IMG/VR virus record: IMGVR_UViG_3300027804_000001
Span: 64,001-128,000 of that record
From: a virus
Taxonomy: Duplodnaviria > Caudoviricetes
DNA: 64,000 nucleotides
Reading direction: 5' to 3' (one strand)
Below, piece by piece: positions 1 through 8,903 of this stretch. The stretch's first letter is position 1. The number at the start of each line of letters is the position of its first letter. The notes under the pieces were generated by a model that made no database searches, was not told the origin of the DNA, and was given only the letters and a program-made list of their open reading frames with translations. Both the position numbers and the translations under genes were made by a program.

Positions 1-548
1 ACAGGACCCCCTCCTGTTAACATTTTTAATGTACTTGGAGCACCTTGTGCTGCAATTTCTTTACCCACCCTTTGACCGATTCTGGCTGGTTTCAATTTAG
101 ACACTGTTGATTTTAATGAGTTAACAGCATCTAACATTTTTTGACCCCAACTAGAATTAACTTTATTTAAATTTTTAACTGTTCCTGTTACACCTGGATG
201 ATCAAAATATTTTGACATTTTAATAAATTGTTCTTTAGCCGCGGGATTAGACATTAAATATTTTGCCATGTCATCACTACTACTTAATGCCGCTTTACCA
301 ACAGGACCAGCAGATTTTAAAAACCTAATAAACGGTTTGGCAATAATATCACCAACAGTTGGTATTAATGCAATTAACATTAAACCCGCATAAATATATT
401 CTTTTCTATAAAGATATAGACCAATTAATGCGATATCGGCAATTTCACCTATAACAGGTATAAAACCTGCAACCATTAATCCCGTTTCCCAACCATCTTC
501 TTTAAGTAATTCTCTATTTTCTAATATTTGTTTTTTTGTTATTTCCAT
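1..548 (-). CDS. Partial membrane-associated protein with pre-toxin TG (PT-TG)-like motif (3' end outside window)
   Basis: Not in the ORF track. Manual translation from ATG at 548 gives MEITKKQILENRELLKEDGWETGLMVAGFIPVIGEIADI..., open to the window edge. GFIPVIGE..D resembles PT-TG motifs. Confidence 0.6.
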   Translation of the reverse strand, partial: MEITKKQILENRELLKEDGWETGLMVAGFIPVIGEIADIALIGLYLYRKEYIYAGLMLIALIPTVGDIIAKPFIRFLKSAGPVGKAALSSSDDMAKYLMSNPAAKEQFIKMSKYFDHPGVTGTVKNLNKVNSSWGQKMLDAVNSLKSTVSKLKPARIGQRVGKEIAAQGAPSTLKMLTGGGP

Positions 549-550
549 TT

Positions 551-1147
551 TTAATGAATTGCTTTACAGAATTTATCCGCCAAAACTTCCGAAAGATTGG
601 TTTCTTTTACAACTTCACCCATTAAGTTACCTAAGTAAACTCCTCCCATTTGTGCAACACCAATTGAGTAGTCATTTGGATTTGCACCCATATCTCCTCC
701 TAATACTCGTCTTAACATCATTGTAACTAATCTATCTGATAAATCGGGAAATTTAGCAACACACTCTTGTTCGTTTTTGAATATTTTTAATAAATCAAGA
801 GGATTCCAGTCTGCAAATAATTGTGCAATTATAGTCGAACTAGTTGGTCCCCATCCGAAAATTTTATTCGCAATAAAACGAAATATGTATTCTTTCGCAG
901 ATATCATGAGTGAGTCAGTCAATCCTTTTTTTACCGCATCCACATTTATTGAATTTTTAATTGAGTCGGGAACATCAATTTCATCTAAATCATATCCTTC
1001 ATTAACCAAGTTTGTGGTAATTTCAAGATATCTTTCGATTAAATAATTCTCATCTCTAATATCATCTAATTCAATATATGCCTCATCCAAACGTTTTTTT
1101 CGTTCTTCAGTAAGGACATTTGATATTATGTTTTTTATTTCACTCAT
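551..1147 (-). CDS. Hypothetical protein, probable virion-associated operon
   Basis: 198-aa ORF, co-oriented and tightly packed with its neighbours. Confidence 0.7.
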   Translation of the reverse strand: MSEIKNIISNVLTEERKKRLDEAYIELDDIRDENYLIERYLEITTNLVNEGYDLDEIDVPDSIKNSINVDAVKKGLTDSLMISAKEYIFRFIANKIFGWGPTSSTIIAQLFADWNPLDLLKIFKNEQECVAKFPDLSDRLVTMMLRRVLGGDMGANPNDYSIGVAQMGGVYLGNLMGEVVKETNLSEVLADKFCKAIH

Positions 1148-1153
1148 ATTAAT

Positions 1154-2887
1154 TTATTGTTTTTGCCAAACATATTTTACACCGTAGTCTTTATCTTTTT
1201 GTTTAATTCTTACATAACCCATTTCAGATAATGCAGTATCTAATCTACCCAATTGTGTATCATCTAAATCTGGACCCTTATATTTGATTCTATTATTATC
1301 ATCTTCCCCAACAATATTACCATTATCTTTCAACGCATTATAAAATTTCGCCGGCGACACCTCTAATGGTTTAATATCAGGTAGTTTTAAGTTACTAAGA
1401 TCAATAGGTTTTAATTTAATATCTCTTGGTGCTAATGGTTCTAATTTAATTTGTTCTCTTTTTTTAACTACTTCTTCATCCGCACCATTACAAACAGAAT
1501 CAATAATTGATTGTGTTAAACCATTGCTCGTATCAATACCTTTATCTTCTAAAGCTTTTTTAGTTATTGGTCCAAAATTACCAGTTTGATATTTTTCAGG
1601 TAAACCTAAACATACCTGTACTTCTTTAACTTGTTTTGAACGACAACCAAATTCATGTGGTAATTCTTTATTTGAACAATCATGAAAATTTGATTTTGGT
1701 GGTTTAGGTGGAGGAGGTGTTTCACCATCCTTTTTATCCCAAGTAATAGTGATATTAGATGATTGTTCATTTAATTCATTTTCAGACAATGGTTTAGTTT
1801 CAACACCACCACCAGCTTTACATGCGTATGTACCACTCATTGCATTATCCATTGTCCAAACTCTCATGTTTGGATAAAATTTCAAACCTCCATGACCTTT
1901 AGATGCCTCATCGAATTCATTTTTACTGAAAATCATTGCGTCACCACCACTTGTTGCTCCCCATTCAAGTCCTTCCATATTTACAACACAATCAGGCATT
2001 ACTGCACTTTTTTCTGCATCACTTCCACTAAATAAATTTTTAAGTACTTCATAAGCACCATATCCTGCCAAACCATATAATACTAAGTTTTTAAGATTAA
2101 GTTTTGATTTAATTCCCTTCAATCTTTCAAAAGCAGTTGTACTATATTTTTTTAGATATTCACCACCTTTTCTAAATTTATCCGCAATACTAGGTCCCAA
2201 CTTTTTAGCATCTTCAGCAGCAGTTTTTACCACATTTGCAGCAGCTTCTGTACCTGTCTTTGCACCTGTTTCAAGTGCCTTAACTTCAGGTGCAACACCT
2301 TTTAATTCTTTCGCTCTTCTAGCCAACGCTTGGTCAACTGCTTTCGTTGCAACACCACCAGACGCGCTTGCTTGTGCTGCTTGTCTTATCATCTCTTCGG
2401 CTTCCTTACCTTCAATACCCATTTGTGAAAGTGTTTTCTTAGCGATTTCCATTTTTCTTGGGTCTGCAGGATTAAGTGTTCCCTTAGGAAAAACTAGTTT
2501 TGACATATCAATGAAACCTTGTTCAGTCTTTACAAAGCCTTTAATTTTTTGTAATAACTCAGGAGAATTTTTGGCAACTGATTTTACCAAACCAGCAGCT
2601 TCTACATTAGTTAATTTATTATCCTTTACCGCTAAAGCAAAATCTTCTAAACTTTTAAACTTATTACCAATTGCAGGTACATCTGTTTTTATTGTCTGCC
2701 AAAGGGCCTTTTCTTCTTGAGCAGCTTTAAGAATAACTTTAAGTGGTTCTTGAAATGTTTTCAATTGTTCATCCACTGATTGTTCAATTTCAGACAATTC
2801 ATTAACATCTATCGATTCTTCATTTTTTTCAATAGATTCGGTTAGTGTTATAAATTTTCTTATTAATTTCGCGTCCTTGTTTTCCAT
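1154..2887 (-). CDS. Large protein with Ala/Lys-rich region, TM segment and C-terminal peptidoglycan-binding-like domain
   Basis: 577 aa. Hydrophobic LVLYGLAGYGAY segment; VKEVQVCLGL...TGNFGPITKKAL resembles PG_binding_1 (xxLQxxL...DGxFGPxTxxAL). Confidence 0.6.
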   Translation of the reverse strand: MENKDAKLIRKFITLTESIEKNEESIDVNELSEIEQSVDEQLKTFQEPLKVILKAAQEEKALWQTIKTDVPAIGNKFKSLEDFALAVKDNKLTNVEAAGLVKSVAKNSPELLQKIKGFVKTEQGFIDMSKLVFPKGTLNPADPRKMEIAKKTLSQMGIEGKEAEEMIRQAAQASASGGVATKAVDQALARRAKELKGVAPEVKALETGAKTGTEAAANVVKTAAEDAKKLGPSIADKFRKGGEYLKKYSTTAFERLKGIKSKLNLKNLVLYGLAGYGAYEVLKNLFSGSDAEKSAVMPDCVVNMEGLEWGATSGGDAMIFSKNEFDEASKGHGGLKFYPNMRVWTMDNAMSGTYACKAGGGVETKPLSENELNEQSSNITITWDKKDGETPPPPKPPKSNFHDCSNKELPHEFGCRSKQVKEVQVCLGLPEKYQTGNFGPITKKALEDKGIDTSNGLTQSIIDSVCNGADEEVVKKREQIKLEPLAPRDIKLKPIDLSNLKLPDIKPLEVSPAKFYNALKDNGNIVGEDDNNRIKYKGPDLDDTQLGRLDTALSEMGYVRIKQKDKDYGVKYVWQKQ

Positions 2888-2902
2888 TTTATTTTTTTTA
2901 TA

Positions 2903-4267
2903 TTATTGGTTATCTAATGAATTCATTTGTGCCATCGCATCATCAAACGACGATTTAACAGTTTGCTTTATTGAATTATCGTCTAGAGTATTTGCCAAAT
3001 CAGCTTTTAGTTTTTCCATTTTTTGTGTTTGATATTCCGTATATTTTTCGGCACCCTTTTCTATTGCCTTAACACCACCATGTAATGCTAACCCACCAAC
3101 GACACCTTTTTTAGCTGCCGTTTTTAATAATGCAGGATTTCTAGAAGCCGCTAATCCTGGTTTTACAAAATCTTGTGAAATTCCTTTAGCAATTGTTTTA
3201 CGTAAACCTGGTTGTGAAGCCTTTGTCGCATTATCTAAAGTTTCAAAGATATTATTTATTTTACCTTTAGCGGTTTTAATCATTTCATTTACTTTAGGGC
3301 CACCGATTGTTTTTGCTAACCATTCAATTGGTTTAACAATTAAATTCATTATAAAACCTACACCTTTAGATAACAATGTAATTAACGGTTTAAGTAATGG
3401 ACTTGATAAAAGTTTTCTAACGTCTCTACCCGCAGCTTTCATTGCACTTTTAATTCCACTTGCTGCTCCACCCGTAAAAGCTAAACCAACTAAACACAAA
3501 CCAATATCTATGTATGAAAATAATTCATTAGGGATTTGTCCACTAACTAATTGATATATTTTCCATATACCCAATGCACCCCATAATATTGCTCCCGCTA
3601 TTTTACCCACACCGATAGTTGAAAGTGCAATATCAACACCAATTGCAACAGGGTTGAGTAAAATCTGTTCTAATTTCGTAAAAAACCAAGGAAGACCTTT
3701 ATTTAAAATCCATTGTCCTGCTTCTTTAACTTTATCAACAACCCAATCTACCGCACCACCAACAGCACCCTTCGCAGCATCTACTGCACCACTAACAGCA
3801 CCCTTCGCAGCATCTACTGCACCACTAACAGCTCCTTTCGCTGCGTTCCAAGTATTAGAAACACCAGTTTTTATGTCATCCCACCAATCTTCTAAAATTA
3901 ATGGAGACTCAATTAATACTTTTGTTTTTACAAAATCCCAAGATTCTTCTATTAAACGTAGTGTACCGAAGTTAAATTTTTCAGGAGATTCGTATATTAA
4001 ATTCATACCATATCTCACTTCATATTCTAAAACTACATCTCTATTATGTTCAATTAAGGGATAAATTAACTGTTTCATCTTGGAAAATAATTCCGAAGAT
4101 TCCATCAATTTCATTTTGTAACTATAGGAGAATTGATGTTTAAACATCTCACAAACCATTGCAGGATGAAGACTGTTTTGACTAAATCTAAATCCTGTTT
4201 GAGTATCAATAATTTTATCTTCGTATTGGATGTATCTATTATCGATACTAATTTTTATGAATTCCAT
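2903..4267 (-). CDS. Membrane-associated protein with internal 11-aa repeats
   Basis: 454 aa, GAVSGAVDAAK repeats, several Gly/Ala-rich hydrophobic helices; TATTTAT motif upstream. Confidence 0.7.
   Translation of the reverse strand: MEFIKISIDNRYIQYEDKIIDTQTGFRFSQNSLHPAMVCEMFKHQFSYSYKMKLMESSELFSKMKQLIYPLIEHNRDVVLEYEVRYGMNLIYESPEKFNFGTLRLIEESWDFVKTKVLIESPLILEDWWDDIKTGVSNTWNAAKGAVSGAVDAAKGAVSGAVDAAKGAVGGAVDWVVDKVKEAGQWILNKGLPWFFTKLEQILLNPVAIGVDIALSTIGVGKIAGAILWGALGIWKIYQLVSGQIPNELFSYIDIGLCLVGLAFTGGAASGIKSAMKAAGRDVRKLLSSPLLKPLITLLSKGVGFIMNLIVKPIEWLAKTIGGPKVNEMIKTAKGKINNIFETLDNATKASQPGLRKTIAKGISQDFVKPGLAASRNPALLKTAAKKGVVGGLALHGGVKAIEKGAEKYTEYQTQKMEKLKADLANTLDDNSIKQTVKSSFDDAMAQMNSLDNQ
3753..3850. 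repeat. 33-bp tandem repeat, about 3 copies, in-frame coding repeat
   Basis: GCACCACTAACAGCACCCTTCGCAGCATCTACT at 3753, 3786 and degenerate at 3819; encodes GAVSGAVDAAK. Confidence 0.9.
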
Positions 4268-4281
4268 GTTATATAAATACT

Positions 4282-4548
4282 TTATTTAAGTTGATTTGCT
4301 TTACCTCTTTTAAGAACCGAACCAACAATATCTGACCATTTTGTTACACTTACCTGATTTGCGGGTCCTCTCGTCACTCCACTTTCCCATTTTCCAACTT
4401 GGGGATAACCTTGACCACCACCTTGTTGTGGTGAGGTTCCTGCTGTAGGTTCGGGATTTGGTGTCTCCCCTTGCTCCGTAACTTCTTGATTTTCATTGAT
4501 TTTTTTAATCAATGAATCGTATTGTTTTTCGGTTAGGCTTATTTTCAT
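4282..4548 (-). CDS. Small protein with MKISLTEKQY leader
   Basis: 88 aa; shared N-terminal leader; TATAAATA on + strand at 4553-4560. Confidence 0.75.
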   Translation of the reverse strand: MKISLTEKQYDSLIKKINENQEVTEQGETPNPEPTAGTSPQQGGGQGYPQVGKWESGVTRGPANQVSVTKWSDIVGSVLKRGKANQLK

Positions 4549-4634
4549 AATATATAAATATCAAAAAAAAGTTTTGAAATTAGTTGTGATATCCAAAAAA
4601 ATACGTATTTTTGTCTTCAATTTAAAGCAAAGAC

Positions 4635-5231
4635 ATGAAAAAACTGATTATACTATTGTTTATCCCACTTTTTTGGGGATGTGAGAAATATGAACTTACT
4701 ACTCCACCTGTAATAACAGGGGGTAAATGGGTCTTTTATGATTATGATATAGTCCCTATCAGTTCAATATCTTCATATCAAGTATTAAAAAATGATACTA
4801 TTTGTATTAACTCTTGGAATAATCAAACATTTGTTAGTGGAGATATATTAATGAAACAAAATTATAACACTACAACTAAAGATAGAAGATTTGTAATAGG
4901 TAAAACAACTTGGGAATTTGACGGTACCGTGGGGTCACCGTTTTATTATCTATCAACGGATTTTATAAATTTCAATGGGTCTCTACAACCTTCTCATGTC
5001 CCATTTGACGTGGAGGTTTATGATAGGACAGATAAACTTAGTGTTTATAATACTGAAACTGGTAGTAGAACCATGTACACCTATGAAATCGTTAATAATA
5101 AATCAAATGGTGTTACCCCATCAAGTAAAATGACATTACTAAGTCCTGAAGTTGTTACTGACATTTATATGTCAAATGGTACCAGAGATAAAGCCGTGAC
5201 CGTAAGAATACTTTTGAAATTTATGAGATAA
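4635..5231 (+). CDS. Putative lipoprotein
   Basis: Signal peptide ending in lipobox-like LFWG-C; TATTTTTG promoter box at 4606-4613. Confidence 0.7.
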   Translation: MKKLIILLFIPLFWGCEKYELTTPPVITGGKWVFYDYDIVPISSISSYQVLKNDTICINSWNNQTFVSGDILMKQNYNTTTKDRRFVIGKTTWEFDGTVGSPFYYLSTDFINFNGSLQPSHVPFDVEVYDRTDKLSVYNTETGSRTMYTYEIVNNKSNGVTPSSKMTLLSPEVVTDIYMSNGTRDKAVTVRILLKFMR

Positions 5232-5232
5232 T

Positions 5233-5601
5233 TTACTCGTCGTAAATTGTAGGGTCTTCTTTTGCGAACATTTTGATAAACTGACCAGCCTTTGCGTTCG
5301 CCTCGTCCTCAATTTCACCACCAATATCCGGTGGTTTTACTTCTAATCTACCTTGTTCGTATTGTTTGTGATGCACGAGTTCGTGTGCAATACTTCTCAT
5401 TACATCAACTAATGCACGATTTTTACTGCAAACCTTTATGACCTTATTTTCTTTAGTGTAGTCATAATTTGCAGTAGTCTTTAAACCCTCTCTATGGTTT
5501 TGAACTGAGATTGTTGGTACCGTTTTTAAGTCTAGTTCTTTTTTAACAAACTTAACAAAACGGTTTAACTTATCTTTTTTATCGTCATTTAGTGCACCCA
5601 T
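5233..5601 (-). CDS. HEXXH zinc-metallopeptidase-like protein
   Basis: IAHELVHHKQ followed by EDEAN. Start moved to MGALND because a TATTTAT motif lies at 5605-5612. Confidence 0.6.
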   Translation of the reverse strand: MGALNDDKKDKLNRFVKFVKKELDLKTVPTISVQNHREGLKTTANYDYTKENKVIKVCSKNRALVDVMRSIAHELVHHKQYEQGRLEVKPPDIGGEIEDEANAKAGQFIKMFAKEDPTIYDE

Positions 5602-5612
5602 ATTAATAAATA

Positions 5613-5852
5613 TCACAAAATTATTTCATCTGGTAAATCATTTTCTTGTGTGTATTGATTAATCAAGTCAATAATAAAAGATTCGTCAACATCAACCAAG
5701 TCATCTTCAGTTATTATTTCGGGTGAGTAATATTCTACCTCAGAATAATCTAAATCTAAAATCCTATAAAATTTGTCATAATCAGACTTAATAGAAAATT
5801 CAATGTAAAGTCTTCTCGTGTCGTCATTGTAATAATAATCGTGTATTCTCAT
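5613..5852 (-). CDS. Hypothetical acidic protein
   Basis: 79-aa ORF. Confidence 0.65.
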   Translation of the reverse strand: MRIHDYYYNDDTRRLYIEFSIKSDYDKFYRILDLDYSEVEYYSPEIITEDDLVDVDESFIIDLINQYTQENDLPDEIIL

Positions 5853-5944
5853 TTCTGAAACTAAACATTGATAAGTATATTACAAAATATCAAAAAACTT
5901 TAAACATATATATAATTTCGTTATTTTGATTAATAATTACAGAT

Positions 5945-6274
5945 ATGATGGATTGGTATTATGTAAAAACATATTGTCCTAAGTCTTTTGATCGATTTGT
6001 ATCTGGTATGTTTCCTAATGTTGGGATACCATGCATTTCGTCATTAAACCTTTTTGATAATAGAAAACTGTATAAATTTTTTGATTACAATGGGGTATAC
6101 TTGAATATCGAAATGTATAACCCAAATCAATGGGCATTTACCATTTCACTAAATAACGGATTTGTAATTGGTAATGGTCAAACCTCTAAACAAACAAGAG
6201 AAGAAATTGAGATGGATGGTTTTGTTGAGTGTTTTAAAATATTAGAGAAGAAACTTGAGGTTGTTTATGAGTAG
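5945..6274 (+). CDS. Hypothetical protein
   Basis: 109-aa ORF. Confidence 0.7.
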   Translation: MMDWYYVKTYCPKSFDRFVSGMFPNVGIPCISSLNLFDNRKLYKFFDYNGVYLNIEMYNPNQWAFTISLNNGFVIGNGQTSKQTREEIEMDGFVECFKILEKKLEVVYE

Positions 6275-6581
6275 TATTTATATTATGGACATGTCATTTA
6301 ACTTTTTAATACAAGCAACTAGAGTTTTACAAATAAACAACTATGATGATGACGAGGTTAAAATGATTTACAAATATGCAATTAACCTTGACAATGAAAT
6401 TTTAAATGAGTATTATAATAGTTACAATGTTATGGGGTTTGAGAATGATTTAATCTTATACATTGAAATAATTGAATCACTAATCTTTATTTACGAAGAT
6501 TTAGAAGAATATGAAAAATGTTATGTTCTAAAAAGAAAAAAAGATGAGTGTTTGGAAATAATAAATAAAAATAAAAAATAG
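6255..6581 (+). CDS. Hypothetical protein with UVR-like helix (EEYEKCYVLK); true start probably slightly downstream
   Basis: 108-aa ORF; similar motif in 15323..15679. Confidence 0.6.
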   Translation: MRLFMSSIYIMDMSFNFLIQATRVLQINNYDDDEVKMIYKYAINLDNEILNEYYNSYNVMGFENDLILYIEIIESLIFIYEDLEEYEKCYVLKRKKDECLEIINKNKK

Positions 6582-6585
6582 TACT

Positions 6586-6735
6586 ATGTCAGTTTTCGGA
6601 ATGTCTGAAGAAGAAAAAAAGAAAATCCTTGAAAAACATAAAGAGGCAACAAAAAGTCATTATGTAAAAAAGGATGAAGTTAAAAAAGGTTTACAAAAAC
6701 CTGAAACAAAAGAAAATAAAAAAACCTCCAAATAG
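6586..6735 (+). CDS. Small Lys-rich protein (49 aa)
   Basis: Manual translation MSVFGMSEEEKKKILEKHKEATKSHY...; ends in a bidirectional hairpin. Confidence 0.5.
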   Translation: MSVFGMSEEEKKKILEKHKEATKSHYVKKDEVKKGLQKPETKENKKTSK

Positions 6736-6743
6736 GAGGTTTT
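6721..6743. terminator. Bidirectional intrinsic terminator
   Basis: AAAACCTCC-AAATA-GGAGGTTTT between convergent genes. Confidence 0.7.
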
Positions 6744-6975
6744 ATTTTTTATTTAAATGTCTCGTAAGTAATATATAAGACAACCAGAAACATCCTGAAA
6801 TAGAATAAAAAACGATATCTGCAACCCAATACGAACCACTCAAATCCATTATTAATTTGAATAGGGCGTCGTATCCAAAGGGGAGAAAGAACATTGCTAA
6901 CATTAGAGACGTATCTCTGTAGAACATTAATCTGTGTTCTTTTTGTTTTAATTTTTTGATTTTGCTTATCACCAT
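6742..6975 (-). CDS. Small membrane protein
   Basis: 77 aa with two hydrophobic segments. Confidence 0.55.
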   Translation of the reverse strand: MVISKIKKLKQKEHRLMFYRDTSLMLAMFFLPFGYDALFKLIMDLSGSYWVADIVFYSISGCFWLSYILLTRHLNKK

Positions 6976-7016
6976 CAGGGTCCATGTATATCTTGTTTAA
7001 ATAATTATGGTGTATT

Positions 7017-8123
7017 TTATAAATATATCGAATCTAACTGTTTCCAATCAGTTTCTTCAAACCATTCATACGTGTGCTCAATATCAATCGACGCATCGTT
7101 AGTTTTGAATATGAAAAACCCGTTTTTACTTGATTGAAATTTCCTTTCTACGGTTCCTTCCGATGTCGTTATCTTAAAAATATGGTCTAAAAAATTTTGA
7201 TTTGTTTCCTCTAAACCCCAATAGTATTTAACACTATAAAAATTTTCATGTTTATAGACATCAACTATTAATGGTACTTTATTTTCTTTATAATCAACAA
7301 AAAATTTGTTTTTATAAATTATTGAACCGTTATCAAACTTTAAGTAGTCAATATATTCTTGATACGTTTCTCTAACCGCATGATAACTCACAAAATGTAA
7401 ACATTCTACAAGTTCAATATCCACACTTTGGAAATAAGGTATTCTATATTTGTCAACCGATAAATTAACATAATTACCATTTTTATAAAACATGTGAGCA
7501 AATGCAGACTGCTCAATCCAAGAAGGGAAATAATTAATATTGTTTTTCACTAAATTAGATAAAGCAAATTCCAAGTCATCTAAACTATAATATTTTTCAG
7601 AAGGTATATAAATTAAACCAGTATTCACATTTTTATAAACAGGAACTTCATTTTTTGGTTCATTAAATGAATATGAACTTTGAACATCAGGAAAATAAAA
7701 CGGAGTATTAGATTCAATAAAATCTATAACATCTTGTGGTTTCCTCATAAAAAGTAAATCCGTATCTAATCCCAATACTCTTTTTGTTTTTGAAAAAAAG
7801 AAATAATCAAAAGTTTTAATCTTATGCCATAAGTTTATTTTACTATTTCCAAGTCGATAACTCATACAATTAGGGTAATCCTTTATGTATTGTTCAATTT
7901 CTTTATCCGCCCACTTTCTGTCAATAAAAATTACATTATCAATATCATATAACAATGTTTTATCCATTTCAGTTAACGAACCATCATCATGTAAATAAAT
8001 GGGTGTATTTTTAAACTCGTCATATTTTTGAAGAGATTTAAAATTATTTAAAGCTAATACAACATCTCTATTACAAATTAAAGAGTGTATTTCTAATCCA
8101 TCAAATATTTGTATCTTATCCAT
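7017..8123 (-). CDS. Glycosyltransferase (GT-A fold, GT8-like)
   Basis: GLDTDLLF DxD motif, NTGLIY and EQSAF motifs typical of GT8-like enzymes. Confidence 0.65.
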   Translation of the reverse strand: MDKIQIFDGLEIHSLICNRDVVLALNNFKSLQKYDEFKNTPIYLHDDGSLTEMDKTLLYDIDNVIFIDRKWADKEIEQYIKDYPNCMSYRLGNSKINLWHKIKTFDYFFFSKTKRVLGLDTDLLFMRKPQDVIDFIESNTPFYFPDVQSSYSFNEPKNEVPVYKNVNTGLIYIPSEKYYSLDDLEFALSNLVKNNINYFPSWIEQSAFAHMFYKNGNYVNLSVDKYRIPYFQSVDIELVECLHFVSYHAVRETYQEYIDYLKFDNGSIIYKNKFFVDYKENKVPLIVDVYKHENFYSVKYYWGLEETNQNFLDHIFKITTSEGTVERKFQSSKNGFFIFKTNDASIDIEHTYEWFEETDWKQLDSIYL

Positions 8124-8132
8124 AAAAAACTT

Positions 8133-8903
8133 TTATCCCGCAATGTTCCACGGTTTTACATTATTAACTTTTTCTACATAATTTGAAATAAAATGTTTGG
8201 TAATAAAACCAACCAAATTACTTACAGAATGAACTTTAATTCCTGAGTTATAAGCAGCAATTGACATAACTGAACCTTCACCCGCACCAATAGTGTCAAG
8301 GTAATTCATTTTAATATCCATACCCTCACAAAAATCAACTAAACTCTCCCAAATTTCAAAAAATCTTTGTTCTTTACCACCATCTTTTTTAACTATCCAT
8401 CTACCCTCTAAAAAATGTTCTAAATAACCCTCAACCGTCTTGTCAAATATTCTTTTATATGTGTAACCGTGTTTATTTAATAATTCTAAACCTTCTTTAC
8501 CATATTTTGTATTTCTACGTCCTTTTATTTCACAAATAGATAAATCATCATTTAAAAATGTTAATTCAACGGTTCCAAAATTAGAGAATATGTGTAATCC
8601 CGGCTCAATGTCTTGGAATTTGTCTAAATTATCTATGTCTTTTATGTGAACATCCGCATCTAAAAATATTGCGGTATCATAATGTTTAAGACATTCTTGT
8701 ACAATTACTCTTTTTTCGTGAAACGAGAAATATTCTTTTTTATATTCGATAGGTGTTAATAATTCTGATGGTGTATAATGATTCATATCATTTGTTAAAA
8801 CAAATACATGATACCCCATACCGTTTAATTGACCAATAAGTGAGTCTCCGAAGTTTACATATTTTTCACCATATGTAAGGGTACAAAAAGCAAAATTTTT
8901 CAT
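8133..8903 (-). CDS. Putative glycosyltransferase (GT-A)
   Basis: AIFLDADV DxD motif; homologous to the C-terminal half of 8900..10633. Confidence 0.6.
   Translation of the reverse strand: MKNFAFCTLTYGEKYVNFGDSLIGQLNGMGYHVFVLTNDMNHYTPSELLTPIEYKKEYFSFHEKRVIVQECLKHYDTAIFLDADVHIKDIDNLDKFQDIEPGLHIFSNFGTVELTFLNDDLSICEIKGRRNTKYGKEGLELLNKHGYTYKRIFDKTVEGYLEHFLEGRWIVKKDGGKEQRFFEIWESLVDFCEGMDIKMNYLDTIGAGEGSVMSIAAYNSGIKVHSVSNLVGFITKHFISNYVEKVNNVKPWNIAG

Noticed and set aside
3654-4064. + strand ORFs 3654..4064 and 3713..3895
   Set aside because: Antisense shadows of the repeat-containing gene 2903..4267.
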